A stretch of DNA of 64,000 nucleotides, taken from the human T2T-CHM13v2.0 reference genome, Homo sapiens. Shown here in pieces: positions 40,401 to 54,335 of the stretch (positions within the stretch are counted from its first letter, which is position 1; every line of letters starts with the position of its first letter). The stretch lies in the NCBI RefSeq assembly GCF_009914755.1, contig NC_060931.1; one strand, given 5' to 3'. The notes under the pieces were generated by a model that had not been told where the DNA came from, ran no database searches, and was given only the letters and a program-made list of their open reading frames with translations. The position numbers and the translations under genes were made by a program.

Positions 40401-43400
40401 CGCCTCACCTGGACCAATTCCTATATTCATCCTGCCCACTCATGTTTTCCCACGAAACTTTGAAAAAAGATTCCCTGGAGATAAAGACAAAATGTCTGTA
40501 AACCAGTGAGGTAGGAGAGGGACAAAAAAGGTCCGATTTTTAGTCAGGTCAAGTCCCTGTGGTGCATGAGGGATGGAGACTCTGAGAGATGGGATCTGGC
40601 GTGAAGGCCCCTTCATGCCCTGCAAAGCAAGAAGGGGGTTGAAAGCAGCAGGTGACGAAGCCTCAGCCTCACTCTACCCCTAGTGATAGAAGTACAAACA
40701 CAGAGCTTGAGGCCTTAGGAGTAAGAAGATGTTCAGGCAGGTCCTGCTTTTGGAGAGAATGACTTTCTATTCAACTCCCCTCCTGGCACCAGAAACTTGG
40801 GAAATAAACACTGCTAATGGAGAGGTCCCTTGCCAGGTAACATAAGGCACCTGCTCCTCTCTCTGGGCAGATTGTCCTCTCCCTGGAGGCAGGTCCAGGG
40901 CCCGGGCCGAGCCCCACCTCCCCCTGCGTCCCTCAGCCAACTGTCACCCCACAGGAGCAATCCCCAAAGGGCCCAATACAAGATGGCATCAACATTGCCC
41001 AAGCCAGGGGCACAGGCTTTTCTAGAAGGCCCACACATGACCCACCTCTGGCAGATTTTATACCACTTCTGGGGTGGCAATTATGGGATACACCTTGACT
41101 AATTTTTCACTGATGCAAACTCAGGCTTCCCTGCATTGATTCAGGAGATACATAATACAATTTTAGGGAAGTAGAAATGTTTACATTACGATCAGAATTG
41201 CCCACCAGCCCAGAGCTTGAATGCAGGCCACAACACCAGCGCCCCAGGAGGGCAGTGGGCGCCATGAATGTGAACAATTTGGGGAAGCTCTCAGTCTGCA
41301 GTCTCGGGCTTTTGCTACTGGGTAGACTTTGGATGCATCCATGTGTGCCATTGGTGTTGCCTGTCCTTTCCCTCATCCACCCCGCAGTGCACTCTAATCA
41401 GGACTGGAAAGTGAAGGCTAGGAGTCTGCTCAAAGATGTTTCTGAAAGGAAAAGTTGGACGGATCTCATGGTGAGTCCTGGGTGGTCTACAGATTCAAGT
41501 CTCCTGTGAGATTCATATGATCTGGGAGTTGAGGCTGCCAGGCAGCTACTTCTGCAGCAGAAGGGATCCATGGGGCTTTGGGGGAGGACCCCCAGGTACT
41601 GGCACATTTTCCATCTCAACCTGGGTGAGGTTACCCAGGCGCTCTTTTACATAACCGAAATTTATTAAGCTATACATTTATGTTTTATGCCTAATGTGGG
41701 ACATTTCTTGTATTTCCTAATTTTCTTTAAAACATGGCTTTAAGAAAAAGACAAGGTCTCCTGAAAGAAATGGAGTGTGTATGTCAGGAAATGTCTGTGG
41801 AAGGCAAATGGCAAGCTCTCTGAAGGAAAGAGGAATTTGATTTTGCTCTGTGGGGGGCAACGTCCAGGGGAGATCTACCCCTTCCAGGGCGTGTGGGCCA
41901 TGTCTCCACATCCAGAGGGCTGCAGAGCCAGGCTACAGATGGCTTGGGGAGGGACCCAGGGATCTGAGTGGTCAATGTTGGCACTGGTGGGGGAGGCAGA
42001 GCGGCCATGTGGCAGCTGCTGAAAGAAGAGCTGCCGGGGGCCCACCCAGGAGCCTGCCTCCCTGATCTTTGGACCATCACCACAGATTATGTGAGGTAAA
42101 ATGTGTTCTTTATAAAGCCGCCCCTAACTTTTCATTAGCTTGCCTTGCTGTTTGTTTTTTTTTTTTTTTTAACAAGAAAACTAATAATGAGAAACCACAG
42201 AGATCCCCAGGCTGGATTTGAGCCCCTTCAGGCGTGGCCAAATGTGGCTGAACTGGGACCAGATAAAGATGTTTACTGACAGCCTAATAAACAAATGGGC
42301 CCCATTGGATGTAACCTTGATGAATGGAGCATCCAGGTGTTTTCACTAATGGCAATAAGCACTACAACCCAAAGTATTTCTGATTCAAGTCTAATGCATT
42401 ATTAGGCCATTAGAGGCTGAGCACAGAGAACCATTTGGACACAACCCTATCAATAATGCTGCTTCCCAGCCTGCATTTAGGCCCGGGGAATTAGTCATCC
42501 TGATATTCTATTTAATAAAAAACCTCAAGAAGAAGCATCAAAAATCACATTACATTTTAACAGGGTTACAGCAGCCCAGGAGAACCACAAGTTTAATTTT
42601 CATAAGAGCATTCATTCCTCAATTATGTCAAACATGAAAATGTAAATGGCAAATTTAATGCTAACAATATCCCTCAAAGCACATTGGCAGGTAAGGCACA
42701 TTATGTTGAGTGGATGCTGGCTGCATATCAAGCAGCTCCTGAAGGGAGATTTGGGGGCTCAGAGAGGAGGGTGTTTCAGGCTACTTGGCTGGGCTGCCCC
42801 TGGGAGAGCTCCGTCTCCCATGCAAGGGGGGACACGTGAGTCTTAAGGACACGGGCTCCCTGGTGCCCCCTCATGGCATTTCCTGTGGGTCCCAAAAGTT
42901 ACTTTGTTCTCTGTGGCAGCAGCTGAAAGATGCTAATGGAGGCATTTCAGGGCCTAAAAATGAACAGAACTTCCAAGAGATTGTCAGGAATTTCATGGGG
43001 TGTGAGATGAGAATCTGTATTTGAAACAAAATTCCAGGTTAGGGTCTCTCCCTCCCTCAAGAACTAGACCTATTTTCTGGCCAAAGGCATGGCAGAAAGA
43101 AGGGAGTATTATTTCTATTTTTAACTGAAGCCACTGACAACAGCCACCAAAGCATTTCACTGTCTTTTTCCATAAAAAACAAAAATTGTCTTTGAAAGAT
43201 GTCCATGCTGTATTGATGTTCTTTTAAAACAATCTATGGCAAACAAAAAAATCAAGTATTAATTGTGAATTGGTGAGTGCAGAGGAAAATATCTGAATGA
43301 TTATACATCAAACTACGAAGAGTACCTCAGGGCATGTATTACATTTGTAAGCAAAAGATAATAATAATAAAGTTTAAAAAAAACAGCAGAGAATGTCCAT

Positions 43401-45780
43401 TTATGAATAGAGCCATCTCTCTGATGATAAGTGGTCGTACCATTCCTTCTGAGTTGATCTGTGACTGGAATTAAGGCAGGATCATAAAATATGGGAGCAG
43501 AAAGAAGGCTCAGATGCAATCTGGTCTTATCCCTCTTTTTATTCTGGGGGAAGCTAAGACCCAGAGTGGTTCATTCATTCAACAAGAATTTACTAAGAGT
43601 CTGAAATGTGCCAGGCAGGACTTGAGGCTCTGGGCTTCTCTTCAGGGCTTGATCCAAGCCTCAGACTAAAGATGCCCCCGTGTAACATTCATCACTGATA
43701 ACTGGATCCCATGTAACTCAACATATGACAGCAAATCTTACCATATAACTGTATTACTCTGTATGTAGAAGTCCCTATAGGGAAAACACAGTAAGGCATG
43801 CACATTAAGTTGATGCCAATAAACTTTTATTAGACAAATAACCCTGACAAGACATCATGATGGTTGCCAGACATATCAAGATGAAAAACACAAGCATTTC
43901 ACAGTCTTGGGAGAAAGGCAGACGTGTAAACCAACAAGACAGTACAATGCCATATGTGTGCCTGGGTAAAAGTGCATGTCTGCTATGGCATGCTGCTGAG
44001 TGGGCAATAGTTGACTTTGCAGGGAGAGTGCAGGGAAGGCTTTGCTGGGATGATATCCAAGCTGGGTTTTGAACAATAAATAGCAATAGATAGCAAATAT
44101 ACCTAGTTATCTAGGCTCTGCACACTTTCTCATTTGAGTAAACAGATGCCAGAAATCAAAGGTAATTTAATTCAATTCTAAGCTTTGCTGGTGTTTTGTG
44201 AAGGAAGCCTGAGCAAATACAATTTTACAACCCACTGCCACACCCAAAATTCCCTTTTCCCATTGCTCTACATTTGTTCTCTCTCACATCCAAAGTCTGC
44301 ACTGAAGCTTCTCTCTTCATGCCTCTCTCCCACCTGCCTACTGAAAACTCCCCACCAGAATCCGGCCCTCGTGGTCTTCATCTTGCTGTCCATCCTCCCT
44401 TTCCTTCCAAGTGTGTCTCTTCTTCTCTCTGGCAGGTAAATCTTGTCCGTGTTTGATACAAATCACCAGGGTCCCTTCTCAGTTCTGCCTCTTATGGCTC
44501 TAACAAAGCCAATGGATAGGGAAGGCAAAGACAGTGTTTGCCTTAGAGAGTGGGGTGCAGGAAAGTTGGTGAATGCTCACTTGGGGTGAATGACCCTGTC
44601 AACACTGACAGTGAGTCTGGGCAATGAGCTGGGCTGCTCTGTGAACGTGCACAAATCCCAGTGTCTAGGCTTCAGCTTGCGATAGACCAATCTGTCTTTT
44701 AGAGAAGTAGCAGTTGCCAGTGGACAATTCTGGGAGTGTCAAGCACCACTTATTGAGAAATCAAGGCTTCTGGAATGAAATTTTCCACTAAAAGCATTTT
44801 ACAATTTCTCTTTCTACTTGTAATTATATTGGGAAAGAGGTGGGTGGAGTGAACTACAGATATCTTTTGAGCTACAGATATTTTATAGACTCATGAATTA
44901 GGAAAGTGCTTTATCCTACAGCCAAATTGTTAAAAATAAGATTGTCTCAGGCAGAAAGAGTGTGAATCTACCAAGACTGAACTTCTCAAGCTTTGCAAGG
45001 CAGTGTTTTGTTGACAATTTACTACAATCCTAATTTAGGAGCATGCAGATAACTGTGAGGTATTCCAATAGGCTGTGTGGAGTCATTATCCACCCCAAGG
45101 AGATTCGGTTCTAAGAGCAGGCAATTAAATAGCTTATTTCAGGCAAGAAGGCTGCTGTAAATGAGCTAATTCCATTACCTTCAATGCAGTGCTTATCTGG
45201 CCCTAAAGGATAGGCTCGGATAGCAAAGGAACCTCTTTACTGCTGGGACCAGAGAAGGCTCATGTACATCAAGGCTCAGCCTCAGAAGTGTCTGTACATA
45301 GAGGACACCGCCATTAGTTGGCCTAAATGCCACCACTTTGGTTTTAAACAAGGATTTTCTCATGTCATTTTCAGGAAGATACTGAGCTCTTCAAGGACAA
45401 GGATGGTATCCTTCATCTCTGAGCATATTCCAAGCTGCCCTGTTTTTAATCTAAGCCCTCACTTCCTAATCTCTAAAACTGGGGTAATGATACAAACTAG
45501 GAGCTGCAGAGAACACTATCAATCATGCACATAGAGCTCCTAAAACAAATCCTGGCATACGGCAGCCTGTCACTATACACATACCTAAATTGATAATGAA
45601 GAGGAGACTATTGCAAGAGGAATCATGGACATAAATTAGCCAGAAACATGTATCTCTATTGTTGCGTGTGCCATCTATAAGACACCATTTTCCATAGACA
45701 GAGAACATCAAAATACATAGCAGAGAAAAACAGTATTTCTGCAATATGTTCTACTGGTGTGAAATCTAATGTAGTGAAAA

Positions 45781-46185
45781 TAACTGATATATATATAGAG
45801 AGAGAGAGTTAACTGTTTTATATAATTATATAATCAAGAGTTAACTATATATAAAAGTTATATAATTATGTAACTATAATCAATTAAGAGTCAATCATAA
45901 TATAAAAAGTTATATAATTGATTATATAAGTATACAATTGATTACATAATTATATAATTGATTACATAATCAATTAACAGTTGACTATATATAACTGATA
46001 TATAACTATGTAACTGATCAGTTATATAATTGATTACATAACTATAATCAATAACAGTTAACTATATATAACTATATAACTGATATATAACCATATAACT
46101 GACATATAACTATATCAGTTACATAATTATTAATTATAATCAATTAACAGTTAACTATATATAAATAACCATGATTATAATTATG
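45781..46185. repeat. AT-rich complex repeat built from short direct and inverted modules
   Basis: Recurrent TAATCAATTAACAGTTAACTATATATA, ATAATTGATTACATAA and ATAACTGATAT modules. Confidence 0.85.
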
Positions 46186-46844
46186 GCCATTTTATAGATG
46201 GGAAAACTTAATAACATTTCAGAGGTTCAGCAATTTGTGGCAACTGTTCACAAGTATATAATAAGGCTTTTTATAGTAATAATAATATCTTTCAAGTACA
46301 CACTATTTGCCAGGAACTTAATAAATAGTTTCAACAACCTCAATTATTAAGCTGGGGACTATTAACTCCATTTAACAGAGGAGGAAACAGAGGCTCATAG
46401 GAGGTAAGTGACAATGATCAGTAAGTGGCAGAGCCAGGTGGTCTGGTTCATCCCAAGGTGGTCCTGGCTGCAGAGCCTGCGTGATTTGTCTTGCCATTGG
46501 ACTGTCGAAGTTGTGTGCGCGTGTTGTCTTAGGATTAGAGGAAGTCCCCTCTGTGGGTGTCAGCCTCAGGGAGCAGGATCTACATTCAGCTTTATGTTGC
46601 TCTCAAAGCTGAACAGTGCCCAGCACCAGGCAAGCACTCAACACATTCAGCACTTCTGTGCTCATGCCTGGGAAATGCTCCGTAAGCCTCAAGACTCTTT
46701 GCTGTACACACAGTAGATGACATTGGTTGGAAAGTGTATTAGTCAGGGTACTCCAGAGAAGCAGAGCAAATAGGAAATAGATACATATACATAGTACATA
46801 TGTCTATGTAAATATACATGTATGTGTACAGATATATATATGGA

Positions 46845-47160
46845 CAGTCATATGCCAGATAACAATATTTCAGTAAATGACGGATTACGTATATGACAGT
46901 GGTTCCATAAGATTATAAAACTATTTTCACTGTACCTTTTCTAAGTTCAGATATGTTATGCAGTTGCCTGCGGTATTTAGTACTATAACATACTGTACAG
47001 GTTTGTAGCCTAGGAGCAATAGGCTGTAACTTGTAGCCTAGGTGAGTAGTAGGCTACATCATCTAGGTTTGTGCAAATACACTATAGGATGTTTCAACAA
47101 TGATGAAATCACCTAATGACTCATTTCACAGAACCTCGCCTAGTATTCCCTACATGACTG
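46845..47160 (+). mobile_element. Tigger3a (MER7A) inserted in the microsatellite of an MLT2 remnant (46735-46840)
   Basis: CAGTCAT...CATGACTG then TA; GGTTTGTAGCCTAGGAGCAATAGGC. Confidence 0.88.
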
Positions 47161-49021
47161 TATGTGTGCGTGTTGTACACATATATGTGTGTGTGTTTAT
47201 GTCCTGATTTCTGACCCACAGAAACTCTAAGATACTAAGTATATTATTTCAAGGTGGTTGTTTTTGAGTAATTTTTCACACAGCAATAGATAGCTCATGT
47301 CCAAATGATCTAGGTTCTGCCTACTATTTGGTTTGAGCAAACATAGTCCAAAAACCAAAAATAATTAAAATCTGTTCCATCCTTCACTGGTAGTTTGTGA
47401 AGAAAGTCAAATCATGAGAAAAGATGGCCAGGGTGTTGAGAAAAGATCCCTGACAGTGCAAAGTGATGTTGCAAAGAAGAGGTGGATAAAAGTTCCCTTA
47501 TTTGTCAGGGTAGGCTAACCTAGTAATAACACCAAAATATCAGAAGATGAGCACAATACAAGTCTAGTGTTTCTCCTGCTAAGTCCAGTGTGGATTTTTT
47601 AAAGTACGTATAAACAAATAAGCTCCACCTCAACAGCCTCAGGGAAACTATGCCTCCAGAAACAAATTACCATAGTCCTGAGCCACTGCCACTCCTCTCA
47701 GAGGCTGAAGCCCACAGTGGGAGCCCAGCGCGAGAGGGTCCAGCTGCCCATTTCTCCCTGCTTCATGCCTTACTTTTCCCTTGAATGTGGTGCTCCAGGA
47801 AGTACCCCAGCTTGTTTGCTGGTTACATTTTGACAGCTTTAGAGTTTGCTTCAGCCACTTACATCCACCTCCTCTCAGCCCAGCCATGGCCTTCTTTGCC
47901 AGAACTCACCTGAAAGCCACTGGAGGGGCTCCGACTACACTCAAGCCCCTTTTCAGCTCAATGGATTTCACATGCTGAATGTCTCCATGCAGGAGCCATT
48001 GCAAATAAGATGGGAGAAATCCAACATCCCAAAACCAGGAGAATTTCTTTTAATTTAAAACACTTGGTTGCATTTTGAAAACTAGGTTTCCCGGCCATCT
48101 GCAAACAACACAGAATCAGAAGTTAATCATTTGCAGCAAAGCCCCTTGGACAAGAGTCCACATCCAGGAAATCAGTTACTCTTCATGATCCTGGCCTTTG
48201 GCAGCAAATGACGAGAGGCATCCTCCTGTCACCCGCCTGCAGGCAGCACTGGGGTAATCATGGAGAAGCATCAATTATGCAAACAGGAAGTTGAGCTGTA
48301 GGAAGCATGGATTGTACAAAGAGGAAGTGGGGCTGTAGGTTTGGAAGAAATAGAACAGAGCCAAACCACCCCATAATCTTCACAAACTAGACTTGTGTTC
48401 TCTATGGTCCCCTGTATTCCATACTGTGACCAGTGGGGCTACCATCTTCTCAGGGCCCTCACTAGATGCCTCAGAGTCCTCCTTCCCCTGCCCATCTTCT
48501 CTCATGCCTCTCAACAAACAAAGGCCTCTAAATTTTCATCTATCTTCTCTCTCATGGGAAGGCTTGGGAACCAGAGTGCCCCACACCTCCTCAGAAACCC
48601 ATCCTGGAGGCAGCAGCTGAATTCCTGCACTCACTCTACCACCCTAAGCTAAGTCGACATAAGCAAACTCACCCCATTCTTTGCACCTGCAGACTTGATT
48701 GCACTAACCTGATACTGACCAGGAAGCTTGGAAGTGCATCTGATTACTAACCAGTATCAGGTTAGTGTAACCAGATACTAACCTCAGACCCTGGACCGTG
48801 GCACCTCCCTTGCATTAGTGGATGTTCATGTGGAGTTCCTAGGGGGCATTGGAACCCCACCCTGCAGACACACGTGACTTGTGTGTTTTTTGTTTGAATT
48901 TTTTTCATAGGAGACATCTGACTGCTTCTCCTTGGGCTTCCCTCCCGCACCTGATACTGACCAGTTTGTTCATGTAGCTGGAATTGTGTGGTTCACGTAT
49001 TGTGGATCAGGCAATGGCATG

Positions 49022-49023
<2 letters not shown>

Positions 49024-49055
<32 letters not shown>
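49024..49055. repeat. (GT)n microsatellite
   Basis: About 16 GT units. Confidence 0.95.
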
Positions 49056-49057
<2 letters not shown>

Positions 49058-49219
49058 TTGTTGTGTAAATAATTTTGTGAGGGAGAGTTGAGAGGCCTTT
49101 GTGAAGTTGAGAGGTGTGAGAGAAGGTAGGAAGGGGAAGGAAGTGCAGGTGAGTTTGAGGCATCTAGTGGGGATGCCTCGGAGTCACAAAGGCCTCTCAC
49201 ATCTTCCTCACACCTGCAT

Positions 49220-49598
49220 TGATATGGTTAGGCTTTGTGTCCCCACCCAAATCTCATCTTGAATTGTAATCCCCATAATCCCCATGTGTCAAGGGAGAGA
49301 CCAGGTGGAGGTGACTGGATCATGGGGGCGGTTTCCCCCATTCTGTTCTCGTGATAATGAGTGAGTTCTCACGTGATCTGATGGTTTCATGAGTGTTTGG
49401 CAGTTCTTCCTGTGTTCATTCTCCTTCCTGCCACCTTGTGAAGAAAGTGCCTTGCTTCCCCTTCACCTTCCACCATGATTCTAAGTTTCCTGAGGCCTCC
49501 CCAGCAATGCTGAACGGTGAGTCAATTAAACCTTTTTCCTTTATAAATTACCCAGTCTCGGACAGTTCTTATTAGCAGCATGAGAATGGACCAATACA
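49220..49598 (+). mobile_element. THE1 (THE1D-like) MaLR solo LTR
   Basis: TGATATGGTTAGGCTTTGTGTCCCCACCC...CCAATACA; TSD TGC(A/G)T. Confidence 0.92.
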
Positions 49599-49659
49599 TG
49601 CGTCTAGAGCGAGGCCCCTCCTCCTCACCACCAGAGGCCTGGCTAAATTCAGGCCTTCC

Positions 49660-50225
49660 GAGTCTCTCACCTGGACTTCTGCAGCTTTCTCCTATCTGAC
49701 TCTCCCACATCCGTCTGTCACATAGCTGTCACAGTTATTGTCCAAAAAAAGTCTGATCTGATCATGCTCCCTGCATAAAGCAGCCCTGGCCTCCTCACCA
49801 GGACTTAAAGGGCCTTCCACGTTTGCACCCCACCCCCCACCCCACTTTTCCTTTCCTCTCCAGCCTCCCCTTCCACCACACCATGGCACACAGGCCACCC
49901 CGGCCCAGAAGGACATCTTCCCTTCCTCAAGCATTGCCTTGGTTGTGCCTTGAGCACCCTGGCCTTGTCCCGTTTCTACCCCCCTGTCGAACTCCTACAC
50001 AACTCTCAAAGCCCAGTTCTAAACAGGACTTCCTCTGTGCAACTCCTCTGGCATCCCCAGCAAGGCTCATTGCTCTGCCCCTTTGCTCTCCCAAGGCCTT
50101 TACCCCACTGACTCAGATGAGGGGTTAGGCTTCCCCACAACCTAACACAGTGCATTGCCCAGAGCAAGAACTTGGCATCTGTTGAGTGAGTGAGGGAAAA
50201 ATGAAGGGAAGGAGGAATAAATGAA
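49660..50225 (+). mobile_element. L2 remnant
   Basis: CTCTCACCTGGACTTCTGCAG...TCTGATCATGCTCCC...CCTAACACAGTGC...TGTTGAGTGAGTGA. Confidence 0.65.
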
Positions 50226-50801
50226 AGTCATTTTTGTTCCCTTGGAATTAAAAAAAAAGTTATCCTTATTCCTTATTTGTCAAAGAAATGCCAAACAAAG
50301 CAAACAGGCTAGTGTGAAAGTCAAGTTCTTTTATGCTTTTTTTGTCTACTACCTTCATATTTGCGATGTTGACTGTATTGGTATAAACTTCTGAGGGAAA
50401 AACTACACATTCATCAATGAAAAGTCTCCTAAACATTTCAAAAATCTAAGTTAAGTTAGATGGCCCCAAGGTTCTCAATGCCAAATCTAAAAGATACACA
50501 GCTTAACATAACACAAGAATAAATAATCCAAAGAATCTTTACTTATTAAAATAAAAGATAATTTTCTAGCAATCCCCAAAGCAAATTATTTAAACTTCTC
50601 TCCAAAACTTCTATGAAAACATACAGCAAAAAAAAGAAGAAAGAAAGAAAAGAAAAGAAAAGAAAAGAAAACTGAAGGCAAAGAGACAACCTACAATTTA
50701 ATCCTAGAATCTAGAAAGAATTTCCACTAACTGTAAGAAATGGTAGAGCTGGGTTGAGAGACATGTACACCTTACCTAATGGCATACTCAGACTTTAATG
50801 A

Positions 50802-51401
<600 letters not shown>

Positions 51402-52126
51402 TAAATCCAGGCTGTGCAGCCATCAGTGTCCTGTTCAGCTACTGGGGTGTGGGGCGCCAGAATCCAGTTCCAGCCCCATATGCGCTGCCACCAGATACAC
51501 TTTATAAATAGCTGCATTAAGTGTAATATAGGAAATTTTTGTAGCTTCTGATTAATTTTTCTGTGAACCTAAAACTCTAAAAAATAAAGTCTGTTGAAAA
51601 AAATCTATAATTTTTATTGAAGACCATGTCATAGGTAGTTATTACTGCTACGATTTGTTTGTTTGTTTTTATCTGCATTCATATTTACAGGAAATGCTAA
51701 ATTACAGTTAGCTGTTGGTAAAATAAGGATGGAATATTTTTATTCTCTCCTACCCTACCTTCCCCCTACCCAAAAATCCTTAACCACCTTTTCAAAGCTA
51801 CGGAGTAGATATAAATCCAACAGTAGAAGACAGAGAAGAAAAGATGTGTGTGATTTGCATTCTGGGAACTGTGGTACCAACAAATAAGGTATTGAAATTG
51901 GGTTACATAGACATGAAAAAGAGTTTTGCTTTGAGAAATCACTGAAAAATGAGGAAAAGGACCAGCTTCCAGAAGGTTCCACAGGTGAGCATAAGCCTGA
52001 ACGTAACTCCTGTGATACCCAAGAGACAATGTCATAGACTCTTTGGTATCCTTCATAACTGTAATTTTTCTAGGACAGGAGCAGTAAGGATAGCACCAGC
52101 GTAGGTGGAAGGTAATAAGATTAGAT

Positions 52127-52838
52127 CAGGAATTCTTAACCTGAAGTCCACAGACAGAATTCATGGCATTCATGAATTCAATGGGGAAAATATTACATCT
52201 TCATTTTACCAACAGCCAACTAAAATTTAGCCATTCCTTTCAGTATGAATGTAGGCAAAAAAAAGTAGTAATAATTATACCTGTGACATAGTCTTTAATA
52301 GAAATCACGAATGTTTACTATAGTAAATGGTCATTTGTATTTCTTCTTTTGAGAAGTGTTTAATCAGATTCTGAAGCTGTGAAACTCCTAGAAAAAAAAA
52401 CATAGGGAAAAAGATTTTTGACATTGGTCTTAGCAAAGTTTTTTGGATATAACCTCAAAACACAGGCAACAAAAGGAAAAAGCAAAAATGGGATTGTATC
52501 AAACTAACAAGCTAACGAGCTTCTGTACAGCAAAGGAAACTATGAAGAATGAAGAGACAACCTACGGATCGGGAGAAAATATTTGCAAGTGGAGGATATT
52601 GCTAAGAATCATTTATACAGCTCATTACTTGCAGATATAGTAGTTACTAGAATTGCTGCAAGATATTTTTATTTAATATATGTAGGAAAAAGAACCTATA
52701 TTTCCGTATCACAATAGTTTTAAAATATTTTGCTAAATAGATTTCCATTTTATTTGTTTCCTTGGAAAGTCTATTAGTTTATATTATGCATTTAGAAGTA
52801 TTATTCTAATAAGTGGTTCACAGGCTTCCCTGGACTGC
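52127..52838 (+). mobile_element. Charlie4a-like hAT element interrupted by an L1 fragment
   Basis: CAGGAATTCTTAACCTG...ATTACATCTTCATTTT...TATGAATGTAGGC; resumes at ~52640. Confidence 0.7.
52329..52588. mobile_element. Internal L1MA ORF2 fragment, bipartite (52329-52372 minus, 52371-52588 plus), no poly-A
   Basis: Both pieces align to the neighbouring L1MA (55050-55093 and 54743-54955). Confidence 0.85.
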
Positions 52839-53586
52839 AAATGAAACATGGATAAGATGAAAAGAGAACCAGATAAGATAAGAAAAATGGAAAGGGGAAA
52901 AAATGTAATACCCAAGTTTAAATCCACATGAGAGGCAGCAAATAGAAGAATGGATTTGTAGCAAATTGAATCAGTGATGGAGAAAACAAATTAGTTGGAT
53001 ATCAAAAAGAAAAAGATACAAATGCATGAGAAAAATTGAGAAAATATAAGTGATATGAAGCATAGAAAACAAAAAGCTAATATATACATATTTCTTAAAA
53101 AGAAATACAAATAAAACTAAAATGATGACACATATTCTAATAAAAGTATGTCTAAACTGAAGACACTACTATGCATCTTGTAAGAATTTTTATTTTAATT
53201 TTCCAGCAAAATTAATGAAAAATAGACCCTCCTTATACATACCCTAAAAACCTTTAAATACAAAGAATAAATATATCTAGTACTCTATGTTCAAAAATAA
53301 TTAAGCAGTGTATACAACATTTGAGGCAAACTTTTTGAGATCCAAACAGTTTATATCTGGCCAATTTCTTTTCATGTGCAAAAGCAACAGAAATGCCTGC
53401 TCTGATAGGCAATGGCTCAAAGGTAATCTTAGGCAAATCATTTCAAGACAGGAAAAATAGGGAAAATATCCCCAATACATTTTAATGATATGAACATATC
53501 CCTAATGAAAAAGAAAACAATAGTGCATAAAGAAAACCAACATCCATTTTCACTTATAATTCAGAAATCCTAAATAAAATGTGCAT

Positions 53587-54066
53587 TGTGGTAGGTGCCC
53601 TTTCTTTCCTCCCCAACATCCATGCCTGTTCCTTTTCCTACTCACAGAGTTCACTTCTCACACTAGCAGGTGAAAATGCCAGATTCCCTCTTTCCATGCC
53701 TCACTTGCAGCTCAGGGCACAAGTAGAACCAGTTCTGACAAGTGAGACATGAGAAGAAAGTGTGTTTGGAATCTGAAAGACAGATAGTGCTCTCTAACAG
53801 AGATGTGGGAAAAGCCCTTCTTATGTCTATCTCATTTATGGCTGTTTTGGACATAGTTTCACAGGAAATGATTCTTACAGTCAGCTGCTGCAGCCATCTT
53901 CCAACTGTGAAGGAAAGGCCAAGACTGTTGCAGAGACTGAGTCAATTCTCTGATGAGCCGAAGCAAACTTAAAAATCAAACCTTCATACCCTTGGTATGG
54001 AAGATGATGGAATGATCACCATCCTTTACACCTAGTTAGTATTTCTTTCAGTATTCATACCCTAAG
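53587..54066 (+). mobile_element. LTR33-like ERVL LTR
   Basis: GCCTCACTTGCAGCT...CCAGTTCTGACAAGTGAGAC...GCTGCTGCAGCCATCTT. Confidence 0.55.
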
Positions 54067-54335
54067 CACTATATCAAACAAATCATATGCAATAAACAAG
54101 TAGGATTTATTCTAGAAATGTGAGAATAGTCCAGCAACAGGAAATTATTGATATAACTTATGAGAGCAATACATCAAAGGAGAATGAAACATAATCATTT
54201 TGGTACAAATAGCACACATTTAGATCACACTTACAGTGTGCCAGGAATTATTTGCTTTGCATATACCAAGTCATTTAATTCTAAAAGAGTCCTGTGAAAC
54301 AACTTATTATCACATTTTATAGATGAGAATACAGA

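Noticed and set aside
48699-48964. Repeat-spacer appearance suggesting a CRISPR-like array
   Set aside because: Primate DNA, irregular spacing, mixed orientation, short repeats and no cas genes.
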